A DNA stretch of 64,000 nt from an uncultured Spirochaetota bacterium (GCA_963781885.1 CAWAHW010000002.1:896001-960000), one strand, 5' to 3'; shown: positions 1-10,779, counted from the stretch's first letter. The notes: generated by a model not told the origin, from the sequence alone. Translations and numbers: made by a program.

Positions 1-198
1 GAGTCCTGTCGCCGCGGCCAGGTGGAGCAGGCGGCGCGATGGCTTGCCCGCGTCGGCGTGGAGGTGCCGCGGGGCGCCGACGGCCGGCCGCTCCATGAAA
101 TCGAGATCAGCCCGCTCTTCGCGCCGGACCCCGAGGCCCTTGCCGCGCGGCGGGGAATCCTGAAGGATCGCATCGATGAGGACACGCTCCTGGTTTAG
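1..198 (+). CDS. C-terminal fragment, probable UDP-sugar pyrophosphorylase (UAP/UDPGP type 1 family)
   Basis: Frame 1 open from window edge: ...QAARWLARVGVEVP...HEIEISPLFA...DEDTLLV*, resembling the EISPL C-terminal motif of this family; not in ORF track (no start). Confidence 0.55.
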   Translation, partial: ESCRRGQVEQAARWLARVGVEVPRGADGRPLHEIEISPLFAPDPEALAARRGILKDRIDEDTLLV

Positions 199-1477
199 CT
201 TCGCTTCTCTTCTGTTCCTGATGGCAGCCTCGGTCGGCGGCGCGCAGGCGTCGGGTCTCGGAGCCGCTGTCCCCCCCGCCGCGCTCCCGGAAAACTGGGA
301 GGCGCGGCAGGCCATGCAGGACACGATTTTCGCCCCGCTCGACGAGGTCGCGCGCGCGCGGCAGACCGTCCTCACCCAGACCGGCGGCACGCGCGTTTCG
401 TTCCAGCACGACGCGCAGTCCGACGCTCTATACCTGATTTTTGCGAACCAGGAAGCCGGGGGCTATCCGCTGGACGGCGCCGGCACGTACATCATCAAGC
501 GGAGCCGGAGGGACGGCACGTTCGTGCAGGCGAAGATATTCGTGCAGGACGGCCCGGGAAGCTATCTGCGCCTCTTTCCCAGCGGCGACCGCACGCAGAT
601 GGACGTGTACCTTTTCGGCCAGCCCTTCCAGACGGGCATCGCGCTGCCGTCTGCTTTCGCGCGCCTGCTCACGGCGCCGGTGGCCAGCATCATCGACCTG
701 AGCGCAGCGTCCGTGGACTGGAACGTCGTGCTCGCCCCGGCGGGGCGCACGTCCGGGGACGCGCGCATCGAGGCAATGGTGCAGACGCTGCGGGCAAGGC
801 TGCCGGCTTTACGCGACATGGACGATGGGGCGATGGACGCAAGCGGCCGCATGGTCTACATCGCCACCGGGCAGCCGGCGGGAAAGGGCGGGTTCAACTG
901 CTCGGGTTTCGCGAAGTGGGTCATCGACGGCCTCTACGCGCCGCTTACGGGGACGGACACCGACATCGCGATGCTGAAGTCGCGCAATGCGGGAAAGAGC
1001 CACCCGTGGGCGTCCCGCTTTGAGGAGGAGCTGGACCCGTATTTCGGCCTGGACTGGAGCCGGGGGCTCGCGCGTGCAATGGTTCAGGCACGCACCGGCA
1101 GCGCCCCGTCTGACGGACAGATCGACGTGCGGGATTCGCGCCGCGTGCCGTACGTGCGCGACGTCGGCTACCCGGTGCCTCTCTTGCAGTACGCGCTGTA
1201 TTTCCTCGCGCGCGAGAACCCCGGCGAGATTTACATCGGGTCCGTCAATGCACCGTCGGCTCTTGCCGTTTCAGAAGGGACGCCGACGCTGCGCCAGCAC
1301 CACCACGTCATCGTGCTCTTCCCGTATTTCGACGGCAAAGGCGTCTTCCAGGTGTCGGTCATGGAGCGGAACAAGGAAACGAGCCTCGCGTCGCTCAGCC
1401 GTCGTTATGGCACGGAGTTCGTGCATCTGGTCCATGTCGACTCGGACGGCCCTTTTACGCCGCCGCAAATTGAATAA
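176..1477 (+). CDS. Exported hypothetical protein with possible papain-like (NlpC/P60-type) Cys-His motifs
   Basis: 433 aa, signal peptide, GFNCSGFAKW and HHHVIVL motifs. Confidence 0.75.
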   Translation: MRTRSWFSFASLLFLMAASVGGAQASGLGAAVPPAALPENWEARQAMQDTIFAPLDEVARARQTVLTQTGGTRVSFQHDAQSDALYLIFANQEAGGYPLDGAGTYIIKRSRRDGTFVQAKIFVQDGPGSYLRLFPSGDRTQMDVYLFGQPFQTGIALPSAFARLLTAPVASIIDLSAASVDWNVVLAPAGRTSGDARIEAMVQTLRARLPALRDMDDGAMDASGRMVYIATGQPAGKGGFNCSGFAKWVIDGLYAPLTGTDTDIAMLKSRNAGKSHPWASRFEEELDPYFGLDWSRGLARAMVQARTGSAPSDGQIDVRDSRRVPYVRDVGYPVPLLQYALYFLARENPGEIYIGSVNAPSALAVSEGTPTLRQHHHVIVLFPYFDGKGVFQVSVMERNKETSLASLSRRYGTEFVHLVHVDSDGPFTPPQIE

Positions 1478-1507
1478 CACAAGGAGCCGGAGTATCATCT
1501 ATACATA

Positions 1508-4399
1508 ATGGTTGCATTCATCCTGTGTATTCTTCTGTTCGTGGGCGGCGCGCAACCGGTCGCCGCTGCCCCCGCGGAAAGCAGCATGTTCGCGGAAGCC
1601 GAGAGCCGCTACCTGGGCAAGAACTACGCCGCGGCACTCGAGGAGTACACCGCATTTCTCGCGGCATACCCGCTGTCCGAACGGGTCGCCGACGTGGAAT
1701 ACCGACGCGCGGTCTGCCTGTATCGTCTTGCGCGCTACGGCGACGCCGTCCGGCTCATAGGCGGCATCGAGATCCGCTACCGCACGACCCGGTACTTCGC
1801 GTATGTCCCGCTCTGGAAGGGGCTGTCGCTGTACGCGCTGCAGAGCTATGCCCTCAGCGTGGAGAGCCTGGATGCCTTCCTTTCCGGGCCGCCCGACCCG
1901 GAGTTCACGCCGCAGGCGCTCCTGCACAAGGCCCTTGCGCTGGAGGCTCTTTCCAATGATGCAGACGCCCTTGCCAGCCTGAAGACAGTCGTCTCCGACT
2001 ACCAGAGCTCGCGGCTCTTTCCCTATGCCGCGGTTCTGCTCGGATCGCTCCTGCAGAAGCAGGCCGCGTTCCCCGACCTTCTCTCCCTCACGCAGAAGAC
2101 GGATGCAACCGGCTTCCCCGAGCCGTGGAAGAGCCAGTTCCTCCTCCTGCGCGCCGAGGCCTTGTGGCAGTCCGGTCGCCAGGATGATGCCCAGCCGCTG
2201 TACATCCAGCTCGTCGGCGCGGCGGACGACGTCGCGCTCGTTGCCTACGAAAGGCTCTTCTCCAATGCCCAGCGCAAGCAGGACCTGCAGGGCATGCGGG
2301 ACCTGACGCAGGCCGCGGAGGCCCGTTTTGCCGGACGCACCGCCGTGCTGTCCGACCTGTGGACACGGGTGGGGGCGGAGAGCTTCCGCCAGGGGAATCT
2401 TGACCTCGCGGACGCGTTCCTGCGCCGGGCCTGGAATGTCCGGCAGGACGCGCCGGTCAATGAGGCGGTGCCCATCTATCTGGCGGAGATCCTGATCGCG
2501 AAAAAGGATCCCGTGGCGGCGCGCCAGATCCTCACGGATTTTCTGGCGATGGGAAAGCCCGGCACGGGCGCCGCCATCATCCGGCTCGGGGACATCAGCC
2601 TCACGGGCGATGACTTTGCCACCGCCGCCGGGTATTACGCGCAGTTCAGGACCGCTTTCCCCGACTCCCACCGCGCGCCCGAGGCCGGCTACCTGCTTGC
2701 GTACTGCTTCTTCCGCCAGGGCAAGGGCGACGACGCCGCGCGCCTGGTGGATGAGCTTCTGCGCCAGGACGTGGATCCCGGGCTGCGCCAGCAGGTGGCG
2801 CGCCTGCAGATCGTGCTCTTCAACGGCGCGCGACAGACCACGCAGGCTGCCGACGCGCTGAAGGACTACGTGACGCGGTATCCCACGGACCTGAGGTCGC
2901 GCCTGGACTACCTGAAAGCCCTCTTCATCTTGAAAAAGAATGACGAGATCGTCACGGAGGCCGACTCCGTGCGCCGGCAATTCCCCGGCATCGATTCACA
3001 GGATCCGTACGCGGCAATCGTCGTATCCTATCTCCGGGGGCTCTCGTTGATCGCCGCGAAGGACTACGCGCACGCGACGGCAGACCTCGCATCCATCACG
3101 CCCGAGATCGCGCAGAAAAACGGTCTTGCCGTCATCGTTCCCTACGCGCGCTACTACCTCGGATGGGCCTATCTGCGGATGTCCGATTTCCCCCACGCCG
3201 CCCAGGTCTTCGACGACACGGCGGCGGCGTTTCCCACGCATGAGCTCGCGTCCATGGTGACCTATCTCGCGGGGTGGTCCCACTTCAGCGCCGGTGACTT
3301 CGACCAGGCCGCAGCCGCTTTCGCCGCGGTGCCCGGCCGCGGCGGACAGGGCGAGCTCGCGCAGAAGAGCCTCTATCTCTATGCCAAGAGCCTCCTGAAC
3401 GAGAAGAAGCGCGACCAGGCGGTGCCGGTGCTGGCGGGCATTGCGGACGCCACGCCACCGTCTCCCTGGGCCGCCGATGCGCTGTTCGACGAGGCGGGTG
3501 CCCTCTCGGACCTCGGGCAGACCGCGCAGGCGGCGGCCGCCTACCGCAAGCTCACCGACGCCTTCCCCGACAGCCCGCTGCGGGAGGAAGCCTTCTACCG
3601 GCGGGCGGACACGTTCTTCACGCACGGCATGTGGCCCGACGCGCGCGCCGCCTTCGACGACTACCGCACGCGATACCCCAAGGGCAAGCTCGTGGATGCG
3701 GCGCTGTACTGGGGCGGCCAGGCGGCGCAGAACGTCGGCGAAGGCATGGCCGCGGCGCTGCTCTGGGAGCAGCTTCTTGCGGGCTACCCCGACAGCACTT
3801 TCAGGAGCCCCGCGCTCCAACAGACCGCGGAGGCCTATGCGAAAACGCAGGCGTACCCGCAGGCTCTTGCCCTGTACATGCAATTCATCAAGGAGTTTCC
3901 CGACGATGCCCGGGCCGCGCGCGCCGACATCCGCGCCGAGCAGATCAGGCTCCTGGCAGGCGGCGAAGGCGACCGCGAATCGGCGCTTTCCGCCATCATC
4001 GCGCGCGAGACGGGCGACAAGAAGAGGCAGGCGACCATCGACCTAGCGAAGCTCTACATCTACAGTGGTGACAAGAGGGCCGACGCCGGCTACGCGCTCC
4101 TTGTGCCCGTCGTAAAGGAGGGCAATCCGCAGGGTGCGCCGCAGGCGCAGATGCTCGTCGGCGAATACTACTACCGCAAGGGAGACCTCGCGGAGGCGGC
4201 GCGGCAGTTCCTTGCCGTGGTGCTTCTTGCGAACGTGGATCCCGATCTTGCCGCCTCGGCGATCTACCGGGCGGCGGAGATGATGCAGCTCGCGAAGAAT
4301 CCCGACCAGGTGGCTGCCCTCGTGAAGAGACTGGAGTCGGGCTTCCCCACCTCGCCGTGGACGGTGAAGTCCCGGCTCCTGCTGGGAGGCGCCCGATGA
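1508..4399 (+). CDS. Large periplasmic tetratricopeptide repeat protein (BamD/CpoB-like repeats)
   Basis: 963 aa, signal peptide, many helical repeats ending YPxS/FPxS. Confidence 0.9.
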   Translation: MVAFILCILLFVGGAQPVAAAPAESSMFAEAESRYLGKNYAAALEEYTAFLAAYPLSERVADVEYRRAVCLYRLARYGDAVRLIGGIEIRYRTTRYFAYVPLWKGLSLYALQSYALSVESLDAFLSGPPDPEFTPQALLHKALALEALSNDADALASLKTVVSDYQSSRLFPYAAVLLGSLLQKQAAFPDLLSLTQKTDATGFPEPWKSQFLLLRAEALWQSGRQDDAQPLYIQLVGAADDVALVAYERLFSNAQRKQDLQGMRDLTQAAEARFAGRTAVLSDLWTRVGAESFRQGNLDLADAFLRRAWNVRQDAPVNEAVPIYLAEILIAKKDPVAARQILTDFLAMGKPGTGAAIIRLGDISLTGDDFATAAGYYAQFRTAFPDSHRAPEAGYLLAYCFFRQGKGDDAARLVDELLRQDVDPGLRQQVARLQIVLFNGARQTTQAADALKDYVTRYPTDLRSRLDYLKALFILKKNDEIVTEADSVRRQFPGIDSQDPYAAIVVSYLRGLSLIAAKDYAHATADLASITPEIAQKNGLAVIVPYARYYLGWAYLRMSDFPHAAQVFDDTAAAFPTHELASMVTYLAGWSHFSAGDFDQAAAAFAAVPGRGGQGELAQKSLYLYAKSLLNEKKRDQAVPVLAGIADATPPSPWAADALFDEAGALSDLGQTAQAAAAYRKLTDAFPDSPLREEAFYRRADTFFTHGMWPDARAAFDDYRTRYPKGKLVDAALYWGGQAAQNVGEGMAAALLWEQLLAGYPDSTFRSPALQQTAEAYAKTQAYPQALALYMQFIKEFPDDARAARADIRAEQIRLLAGGEGDRESALSAIIARETGDKKRQATIDLAKLYIYSGDKRADAGYALLVPVVKEGNPQGAPQAQMLVGEYYYRKGDLAEAARQFLAVVLLANVDPDLAASAIYRAAEMMQLAKNPDQVAALVKRLESGFPTSPWTVKSRLLLGGAR

Positions 4400-6033
4400 G
4401 GCGGCACGTCCTCGCATTGACGATTGTTCTGATTTTTGCTGCCGGCGTCCTTTCCGCGCAGGCGGCAGGCTCGGCGCAGTCCGCTGCGCCGGCAAACCCT
4501 CCGGTCGGGCCGGGGGAGCCGGAAATGGTCATGCCGCAGGTCATCCTGCAGATTGAAGACCTCAGCGTCGAAAAGGTGGAGGCGCAGCTTCCGCCCGAAG
4601 AGGAGCTGCTTCCGCCGGAAAGGTCCATCCCTGTCCTCAACGAAGGCGACCTTGCGGTGGGAGAGCCGCAGATACCCGTCGCATCCGTGGACACGGAGGG
4701 AACCGCGCCGGCGGGCAGCAATCGCTTCCTCTCCACGGACGTCGAGCTGGGCGCCGGCATGCTCAACCAGATCATGGGAACCGTGGCTTTGAAGACGCTC
4801 GGCCAGGACCCGCGCTTCTCCCTGCAGTTCCACCATGAAACGCTCGACGGCTTTGCGTTCAAACCGGCGGGATCGGGATTCAACCTCCGCAACGACAGCC
4901 TTGACGGCGACGTGAAGCTCAGGATCGGCGGCGTGGACACGGACGTCGCGGGCAGCTTCCTTGAAATGGAAAATGGCCTCCAGGGGCAGTCACCTTTTGT
5001 GGCAGCCTTGTCGCGGAGGCTCGATGCAACCGCGGCCTTCACCGGATCGCCCCTGGAATGGCTCACGTTGAACGCGGGCTTCGACGGCGGCTACGATTCC
5101 CTGACCCTCGAAAGCACGACTCCCGCGCCGTTGGGCGTCACCGGGTTACTCCTCAAGCCGTCCCTTTCGGCAGAGGCGCATGTCGGCAGCGTGAAGCTCG
5201 GGCTGGATACGAGCTACACATACCGGGCCGGCACGAGCGTCATCGCGGACTTGCAGCGCTACACGGCCAATGCATCCTTTAGCGCAACTCTTTCAGCGCC
5301 CTATTCGTTCAGCGCCGTCGGCGGCTGGTTCTGGAACAGCGCCGGGCTGAGCCTCTTCAATTTCTCCCTCTCGGCAACGGGCACGCCCCTTGAGTTCCTC
5401 ACCGTCACGCTGGATGGCGGGTACAAGGTCATTCCCTATGACCTGCACGACATCATTGCGTCCAGCGCCTATGCCTTCCCCGGAGCCCTCCAGGACGATC
5501 ACGGGTGGTTCGGCGACGCGTCGGTCCAGCTCAACCTGACCCGGGACCTCGCCCTTTCGGCCAAGATTGCCTACATGAGCTCCCTGGCCATGCCCGTGGG
5601 GGAGACGACGCAGGACCCCGCGACCGGGCTTTTCATCGTGTCGCAAGTGGCCGGCAGCCAGCTCTCCACGGATGCGGGCCTCAACTGGGGCATCACCCCG
5701 GCCTTCTCCGTCTCCGCCACCTGGACGCATCAGTACCTGTTCCCGCGGCCGTTCTTCACGCCGTCGGACACCGTCAACGCCGCGGTCATCGGTCTCGAAC
5801 CGAATGGAAGGTTCGGCGGCAGCGTCTCCCTGCTGGTGAGCCCGACGGCCTCCGACGTGCTGCAGCAGCCGGTCTTGCGCATATCGGGGTTCTGGAAGAT
5901 ATCGGACGCAGTCAAGCTCCAGATCGATGGCGATGACCTGCTTTCGCCTCTCATCCCCGGCGGCCGGTCGGACATTGCGCCGTATGTCACCCCGGGTTTC
6001 CGCTTCACCGGATCCCTCGGCATGAGCCTATGA
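4396..6033 (+). CDS. Putative outer-membrane beta-barrel protein
   Basis: ATG overlaps TPR stop (ATGA); signal peptide; alternating hydrophobic beta-strand pattern through the C-terminus (FRFTGSLGMSL). Confidence 0.65.
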   Translation: MRRHVLALTIVLIFAAGVLSAQAAGSAQSAAPANPPVGPGEPEMVMPQVILQIEDLSVEKVEAQLPPEEELLPPERSIPVLNEGDLAVGEPQIPVASVDTEGTAPAGSNRFLSTDVELGAGMLNQIMGTVALKTLGQDPRFSLQFHHETLDGFAFKPAGSGFNLRNDSLDGDVKLRIGGVDTDVAGSFLEMENGLQGQSPFVAALSRRLDATAAFTGSPLEWLTLNAGFDGGYDSLTLESTTPAPLGVTGLLLKPSLSAEAHVGSVKLGLDTSYTYRAGTSVIADLQRYTANASFSATLSAPYSFSAVGGWFWNSAGLSLFNFSLSATGTPLEFLTVTLDGGYKVIPYDLHDIIASSAYAFPGALQDDHGWFGDASVQLNLTRDLALSAKIAYMSSLAMPVGETTQDPATGLFIVSQVAGSQLSTDAGLNWGITPAFSVSATWTHQYLFPRPFFTPSDTVNAAVIGLEPNGRFGGSVSLLVSPTASDVLQQPVLRISGFWKISDAVKLQIDGDDLLSPLIPGGRSDIAPYVTPGFRFTGSLGMSL

Positions 6034-7015
6034 GCGACCTTGTCATCTCCGACAGCAGCCGCGAGCGAAAGCGCACGTGGACGAGTCTTGCCGTGGCGTT
6101 GGGCCTCCATGCAGGCGTCATCATCCTGCTCGCCTTCGTCGTTCATTGGGGCGTGCGCGTCGTTCCGCCGGAGCCCATCGCCATCGACGTGCAGGTTGCT
6201 GCCGCCACCGCCGCCGATCTATCCTCGGTGCAGTCTGCCGGACAGGGCGGCGCCGCGCTGTCCGTTGCCGCGGTTTCCCAGCCCGCGCACGCAGCCACGG
6301 GCGCCGCCAGCGGAAGCGATTTCGTCATCCCCACGCCGCAGGCTGCACCGACTGACGCGCTCACACCCGCCTCGGGTCCAGCGTTCCAGGAGGCGGGCGG
6401 GAAGACGGGCGCCGCAAGTGCGCTGCCGTCCATGCCCGGGACAGGCGCCTGCCCCCGCAGTCGCGCCCCAGCAGACGGGAAGGGGCATCGGCGCAGGCGC
6501 CGCCGCGGGCGACGGTGCATCCACCCAGCGCAGCGGCAGCGCGGTCGCCGTGAACGGGTCCCCGTCGACGGGCAGTCTCGACCTCACCCAGGTGGACAAG
6601 GCGCTTGCGGGTCGCACGGCCGGAAAGCCCGGCCCGGGCGGCACGGGATCCGGCACGGGCAGCGCGGGCGCGGCAACGGCCGGTTCCGCCGGCGCCGCGA
6701 CCGGCGGAGGAGCCGGCGGCCCGGGCCCCAAGGTGATCTGGGACAAGCCCGAGGTGAATGTCGAGCCGGACACTCATCTCCCGCCCGTCGCCGAGTATCC
6801 CGTCGTGGGTGGGAGAGCAGGGTCTCAGGCTCTCCGTCACCGTCAGCTTCACGGTCCAACCCGACGGCACGATGGTCGCCGTCAGCGTGTGGAACTCATC
6901 CGGCTACGCAGACGTGGACAGCGCCGTCATCGAGGCCATACGCCGTTGGAGATTCAACGCCGCCGCCACCACACCGGTCTCCGGGCGCATTCCCTACGTC
7001 ATCACGACTCGTTGA
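6030..7015 (+). CDS. tonB: TonB family energy transducer (two apparent +1 frameshifts near 6440 and 6760)
   Basis: N-terminal TM with SLAVALGLHA motif, Ala/Gly/Pro linker, TonB C-domain VTVSFTVQPDG...SSGYADVDSAVIEAIRRWRF spread across three frames. Confidence 0.75.
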
Positions 7016-7041
7016 CACGCGTATTTTCCCGTCCCCACGCG

Positions 7042-7071
7042 TTGACATCCGGGGTCCCCTGACGCTACTAT
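7042..7071 (+). promoter_or_regulatory. Putative sigma70 promoter
   Basis: TTGACA-18-TACTAT upstream of RBS GGAGG and ATG 7101. Confidence 0.55.
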
Positions 7072-7100
7072 TGAAGTGAAAAAACCCTGGGGAGGGGACA

Positions 7101-9941
7101 ATGATTTTCTCAATCGGTGACCTGATCACCCTTGTCGTCGTCCTTCTCATTCTTGTCATCTACCGTGCGCTGGACAGAAGCAACAGATCCCTCGAAAAGC
7201 TGAAGAGATTCAGCGACAAGATCACGGAGAACCTGTCGGCGCTCGTGCAGGAGAAGACCGCGGAGGTGAAGGAGCTTTCCGTCGAGCTCCAGGCGAGCCT
7301 CAAGCTGGGCAAGGACGTTGTGGCGCGCGCCCGGAGCGTCGAAGAGATTCTCGATACGCGTAGCGCGGACGTGGAGGCCATCCAGGAGCGCTTCGTGGAA
7401 TACGACAAGACCCTCGCGGAGCTCACTGCCATGTCCGCGCGCGTGGACAAGAACCTGCTGCGCATCCGCGATGAATCGGAGTTCGTCGACGGCGTCGAGC
7501 GCCGGATCGGCGAATCTTCCAAGCGCATGGAGTCCATCGAGCAGCGCATCCCCGGCATGGAGAAAAGCTTCGCGGAGCAGTGCCGGGACGGCCTGGAAGC
7601 CGCGCGGGAGGAGGTCCTCTCCGTCGTGGAAAGGAAGGTCGCGGCGCTCGACGCGAGCCTCGTCGACGCGGAAAAGAAGGTGAAGGACTTCTCCGCGTAC
7701 ATGGCGCGCCTGGAGGCGCGCGAAGAGCAGACGGAGAAGGAGCGCGTCGCGGCGCTGGCGAAAACCCTGGATGCATTCGATGCGGACCTGCGCGGCAAGC
7801 TTTCGCAGGCGGCGAAGAAGGGCGAGTCCCTGGAGGACGAGGTGTTCGCCCGTCTCACCGCGCGGATCGCGGAAGACGAAACGGCCGTCGGAAAAAGCAT
7901 CGAAGCGCTGGAAGCGCGCGTCGCCGACTACCAGGGTGACGTGGACTACCGCGTGAAATCGCTGGAGGAAGCGAACGCCGACATCGACGCGATGCGCGCG
8001 TCGCTTACAGAGACGATGGAGCGCATGGCGGGCGGCATCCGCGGGGAGATGAAATCTCTAGGCGCGAATCTTGTCGCCGGCTGGACCTCGGAGATCGCGG
8101 CTGCTTCCACCGCGCGCGAGCAGCTGCGCGCCGGCATGGGCGAGCTGGAGACGGGACTGGCGGCGCTGAAGACGCGCGCGTACCAGGACGTGGAGAGCAA
8201 GCTCTCCGTCTTCGAAGACGAGTTCTTCGTGGATCTGCGCGCGCGCTCCGCCGCGATGCAGGAAAAGCTCGTGGCGTGGCAGGCGGACATGGAAAAGCGC
8301 GCCGCCGATTTCGAAACCGAGGTCAAGGAACGCGTCGCCGCCGCCGACGAGTCGATGCTCGCGCTGCGCGAGTCGCTGCGCGCCGACACGGAGAAGGCCA
8401 AGAAGGATGCGTCGCTCGCGTTTGAGAAGGACCTTGCCGGCGTGCGGGACACACTGGAATCGGGCACACGCAAGATGCACCGCGAGATAGAGGCGGGGCT
8501 CAAGGAGCTCTCCGGGGAGCTGGATGCCGGCCGCAAGGAGCTTGCCGAGCTCTTCGATGCGTCACGGGCGGAGGTTGCCGTCTGGGAGGGCAGGGCGAAG
8601 CAGCAGCTCGCCGAGACGGAGCTTGCCATCGCGGAGCGCATCTCCTCGCTTTCCACGGATGCATCGTCCTCCATCGGCTCGCTCCGCGACGCCTTTGCGG
8701 CGCAGAAGGAAGACCTCCTGGTCTCCACGAATGAAGAGCGCATGTCGTTGCGCAAGGAGCTCTCCGACATGGGAGAGGCTATTGCCTCCTACAAGTCGGA
8801 GATGGGCAGGTCCACGGAATCCGCGATGGAGTCGCTTCGCGGCCAGATGGATGCCTTCCAGGTGGAAAGCCAGAAGAAGCTCCGCGACCTGCAGACCGAC
8901 GTGGAGGCGCGCATCAAGGAGCACAAGCAGCAGCTCGCCGACGCGCGGGAAAAGTCGGACGCCCTCCAGGAGAAGCTCTTCGGCAAGATCGAGGAGAGCT
9001 ACCGGCTCCTGTCGGTGAACATCGGAGAGATCGACAAGCGGGTGAAGAACTTCATGTCGCAGACACGCCTTTTCGAGCGCGCCGATTCCCTGAAGGCGGC
9101 GCTGGAGGGCACGATCGACGAGATGAAGAAGGAAATGGCGAAGCTGAACGCGGAGCGCGCGGAGATCGTGGAGATCGAGGTGCAGCTCACAAAGACGCGC
9201 AAGGTGGCCGACGAGGTGTCGGGGAAGCTCACGCGCTTCCTCACGGAGAAGCGCCGCATCGAGGACATGGACGGGGAGTTCAAGAAGATCATTGCCCTCT
9301 CGCGCGACGTCGACCTGAAGCTCGACACCCTGTCCACCAGCAGCGACGCCCTGCAGCAGATCCAGGCCAAGGTCCGCCAGTTCGAGGAGATGGGCAAGGC
9401 GGTGGAAGGCGGTTTCGAAAGGCTGGAAAAGAAGAAGGAAATACTTTCCATCACGTCGGAAGGCGTGGACAGGAACTTCCAGAGGCTGGAAGGCATCGAG
9501 AAGACGCTCCAGGACGCCGACAAGGCCGCCCTCGATCTTTCGGGCAAGATCATGTCCCTGCAGTCGGAGTACAGCCTCCTGGCGAGCAACAAGAAGGACG
9601 CGGAGACCGCGATGGAGACCGTGGGCAAGCTCGGCAGCATCATGGTGGAGCTGGAAGGACGCCTGGAAAAGGCCCAGAGCTCGCGGGAATGGATGGCGCG
9701 CACGGAAACGCGCTTCGAGGAGATCGGCCGGCAGGCCCAGGAGCAGGTGCGGCTCCTGGAAAGCATCGTGAAGGCGGAGACGAAGAAAGAGAAAACCGAC
9801 CGCGGCGCGCCGCCCATGGACAAGAGGGAGACGGTGGTGAAGCTGTCCCACCAGGGATGGTCGGTGCAGGAGATATCCCGCGTCACGCAGTTGAGCAGGG
9901 GCGAGGTGGAGCTGATCCTGGAGCTCGCGCCCAAGGTCTGA
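7101..9941 (+). CDS. SpiroCoCo-like long coiled-coil protein with N-terminal TM and C-terminal HTH
   Basis: 946 aa; TM then LDRSNRSLEKLKRF; E/K-rich heptads; C-terminal GWSVQEISRVTQLSRGEVELILEL. Confidence 0.85.
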   Translation: MIFSIGDLITLVVVLLILVIYRALDRSNRSLEKLKRFSDKITENLSALVQEKTAEVKELSVELQASLKLGKDVVARARSVEEILDTRSADVEAIQERFVEYDKTLAELTAMSARVDKNLLRIRDESEFVDGVERRIGESSKRMESIEQRIPGMEKSFAEQCRDGLEAAREEVLSVVERKVAALDASLVDAEKKVKDFSAYMARLEAREEQTEKERVAALAKTLDAFDADLRGKLSQAAKKGESLEDEVFARLTARIAEDETAVGKSIEALEARVADYQGDVDYRVKSLEEANADIDAMRASLTETMERMAGGIRGEMKSLGANLVAGWTSEIAAASTAREQLRAGMGELETGLAALKTRAYQDVESKLSVFEDEFFVDLRARSAAMQEKLVAWQADMEKRAADFETEVKERVAAADESMLALRESLRADTEKAKKDASLAFEKDLAGVRDTLESGTRKMHREIEAGLKELSGELDAGRKELAELFDASRAEVAVWEGRAKQQLAETELAIAERISSLSTDASSSIGSLRDAFAAQKEDLLVSTNEERMSLRKELSDMGEAIASYKSEMGRSTESAMESLRGQMDAFQVESQKKLRDLQTDVEARIKEHKQQLADAREKSDALQEKLFGKIEESYRLLSVNIGEIDKRVKNFMSQTRLFERADSLKAALEGTIDEMKKEMAKLNAERAEIVEIEVQLTKTRKVADEVSGKLTRFLTEKRRIEDMDGEFKKIIALSRDVDLKLDTLSTSSDALQQIQAKVRQFEEMGKAVEGGFERLEKKKEILSITSEGVDRNFQRLEGIEKTLQDADKAALDLSGKIMSLQSEYSLLASNKKDAETAMETVGKLGSIMVELEGRLEKAQSSREWMARTETRFEEIGRQAQEQVRLLESIVKAETKKEKTDRGAPPMDKRETVVKLSHQGWSVQEISRVTQLSRGEVELILELAPKV

Positions 9942-9982
9942 AGACGGGAGGCCGTGAGCTCCTGTCAGCCCTCCGAAAGTGC

Positions 9983-10011
9983 TTGACCTGAAGGGGCGCC
10001 ATCTTTACATT
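9983..10011 (+). promoter_or_regulatory. Putative sigma70 promoter of grpE-dnaK-dnaJ
   Basis: TTGACC-17-TACATT. Confidence 0.6.
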
Positions 10012-10045
10012 TTCACTAAACCTATTCTCTCTCCAGGCGGTACTG

Positions 10046-10768
10046 ATGTCGAAAAAGAAGGACCAGGAAGAGGTCTCTGAGGGGTCGCAGAATGCCTCCG
10101 CGGCAGGCGGGAAAGCCAGCGCGGGAGGAGACGCAGCAAAGGCGGGACAGAAGCCGGTCGCGGAGCCGTCCGGTGCGGCGACGTCTGTCCCCGGGGCGTC
10201 TGAAGCCGCCTCGGCCGGCCCCTGCGAAAGCGCGGAAGACCGCATCGCCGCCCTGGAAGCAGAGACCGCGGACCTGAAAGACAAGCTCCTGCGCAAGCAG
10301 GCGGATTTTGAAAACTACCGCAAGAGGATGCTCCGCGAGAGGGAAGATTCTACACGGTATTCCAACGCCGCGCTCCTTTCCGACATCATCGGGCTGATCG
10401 ACGATTTCGAGCGCGCCATCAAGTCCGCGGAAGAGTCGCACGACTTTCCCACGTTCCTCCAGGGCATCAGCATGATCGAAAAGCAGTTCATCGAGATGCT
10501 GGAGAGCCGTTGGGGGCTGAAGCGCTTCTCTTCGGTTGGCGAAGGCTTCGATCCCAACCGGCACGAGGCAGTCCTGCGCGTCGAAGGACCGTCCACGACA
10601 AAGCCCGTGGTGGTGGAGGATTTCCAGAAGGGCTACTTCCTGCACGAGCGCGTCCTGCGTCCCGCGCGCGTGAAGGTGATGGTTCCGGGCACCGGGCCCG
10701 CTGCTGCCGCGTCGCCGGAGCACCCGGCTGAAAACGTTCCGGACGAGCCGACCGGGACAGGGACGTAA
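10046..10768 (+). CDS. grpE: Nucleotide exchange factor GrpE
   Basis: [21 protein letters not shown]...[10 protein letters not shown]. Confidence 0.97.
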   Translation: MSKKKDQEEVSEGSQNASAAGGKASAGGDAAKAGQKPVAEPSGAATSVPGASEAASAGPCESAEDRIAALEAETADLKDKLLRKQADFENYRKRMLREREDSTRYSNAALLSDIIGLIDDFERAIKSAEESHDFPTFLQGISMIEKQFIEMLESRWGLKRFSSVGEGFDPNRHEAVLRVEGPSTTKPVVVEDFQKGYFLHERVLRPARVKVMVPGTGPAAAASPEHPAENVPDEPTGTGT

Positions 10769-10779
10769 GGCGCGCGGGC

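Noticed and set aside
6640-6730. GGC-rich repeats in tonB
   Set aside because: Low-complexity Gly/Ala/Thr linker coding, not a repeat element
9965-9985. CIRCE-like half sites TCAGCCCTC / AAGTGCTTG upstream of grpE
   Set aside because: Spacer is 3 bp instead of 9, several mismatches, and no hrcA in the window
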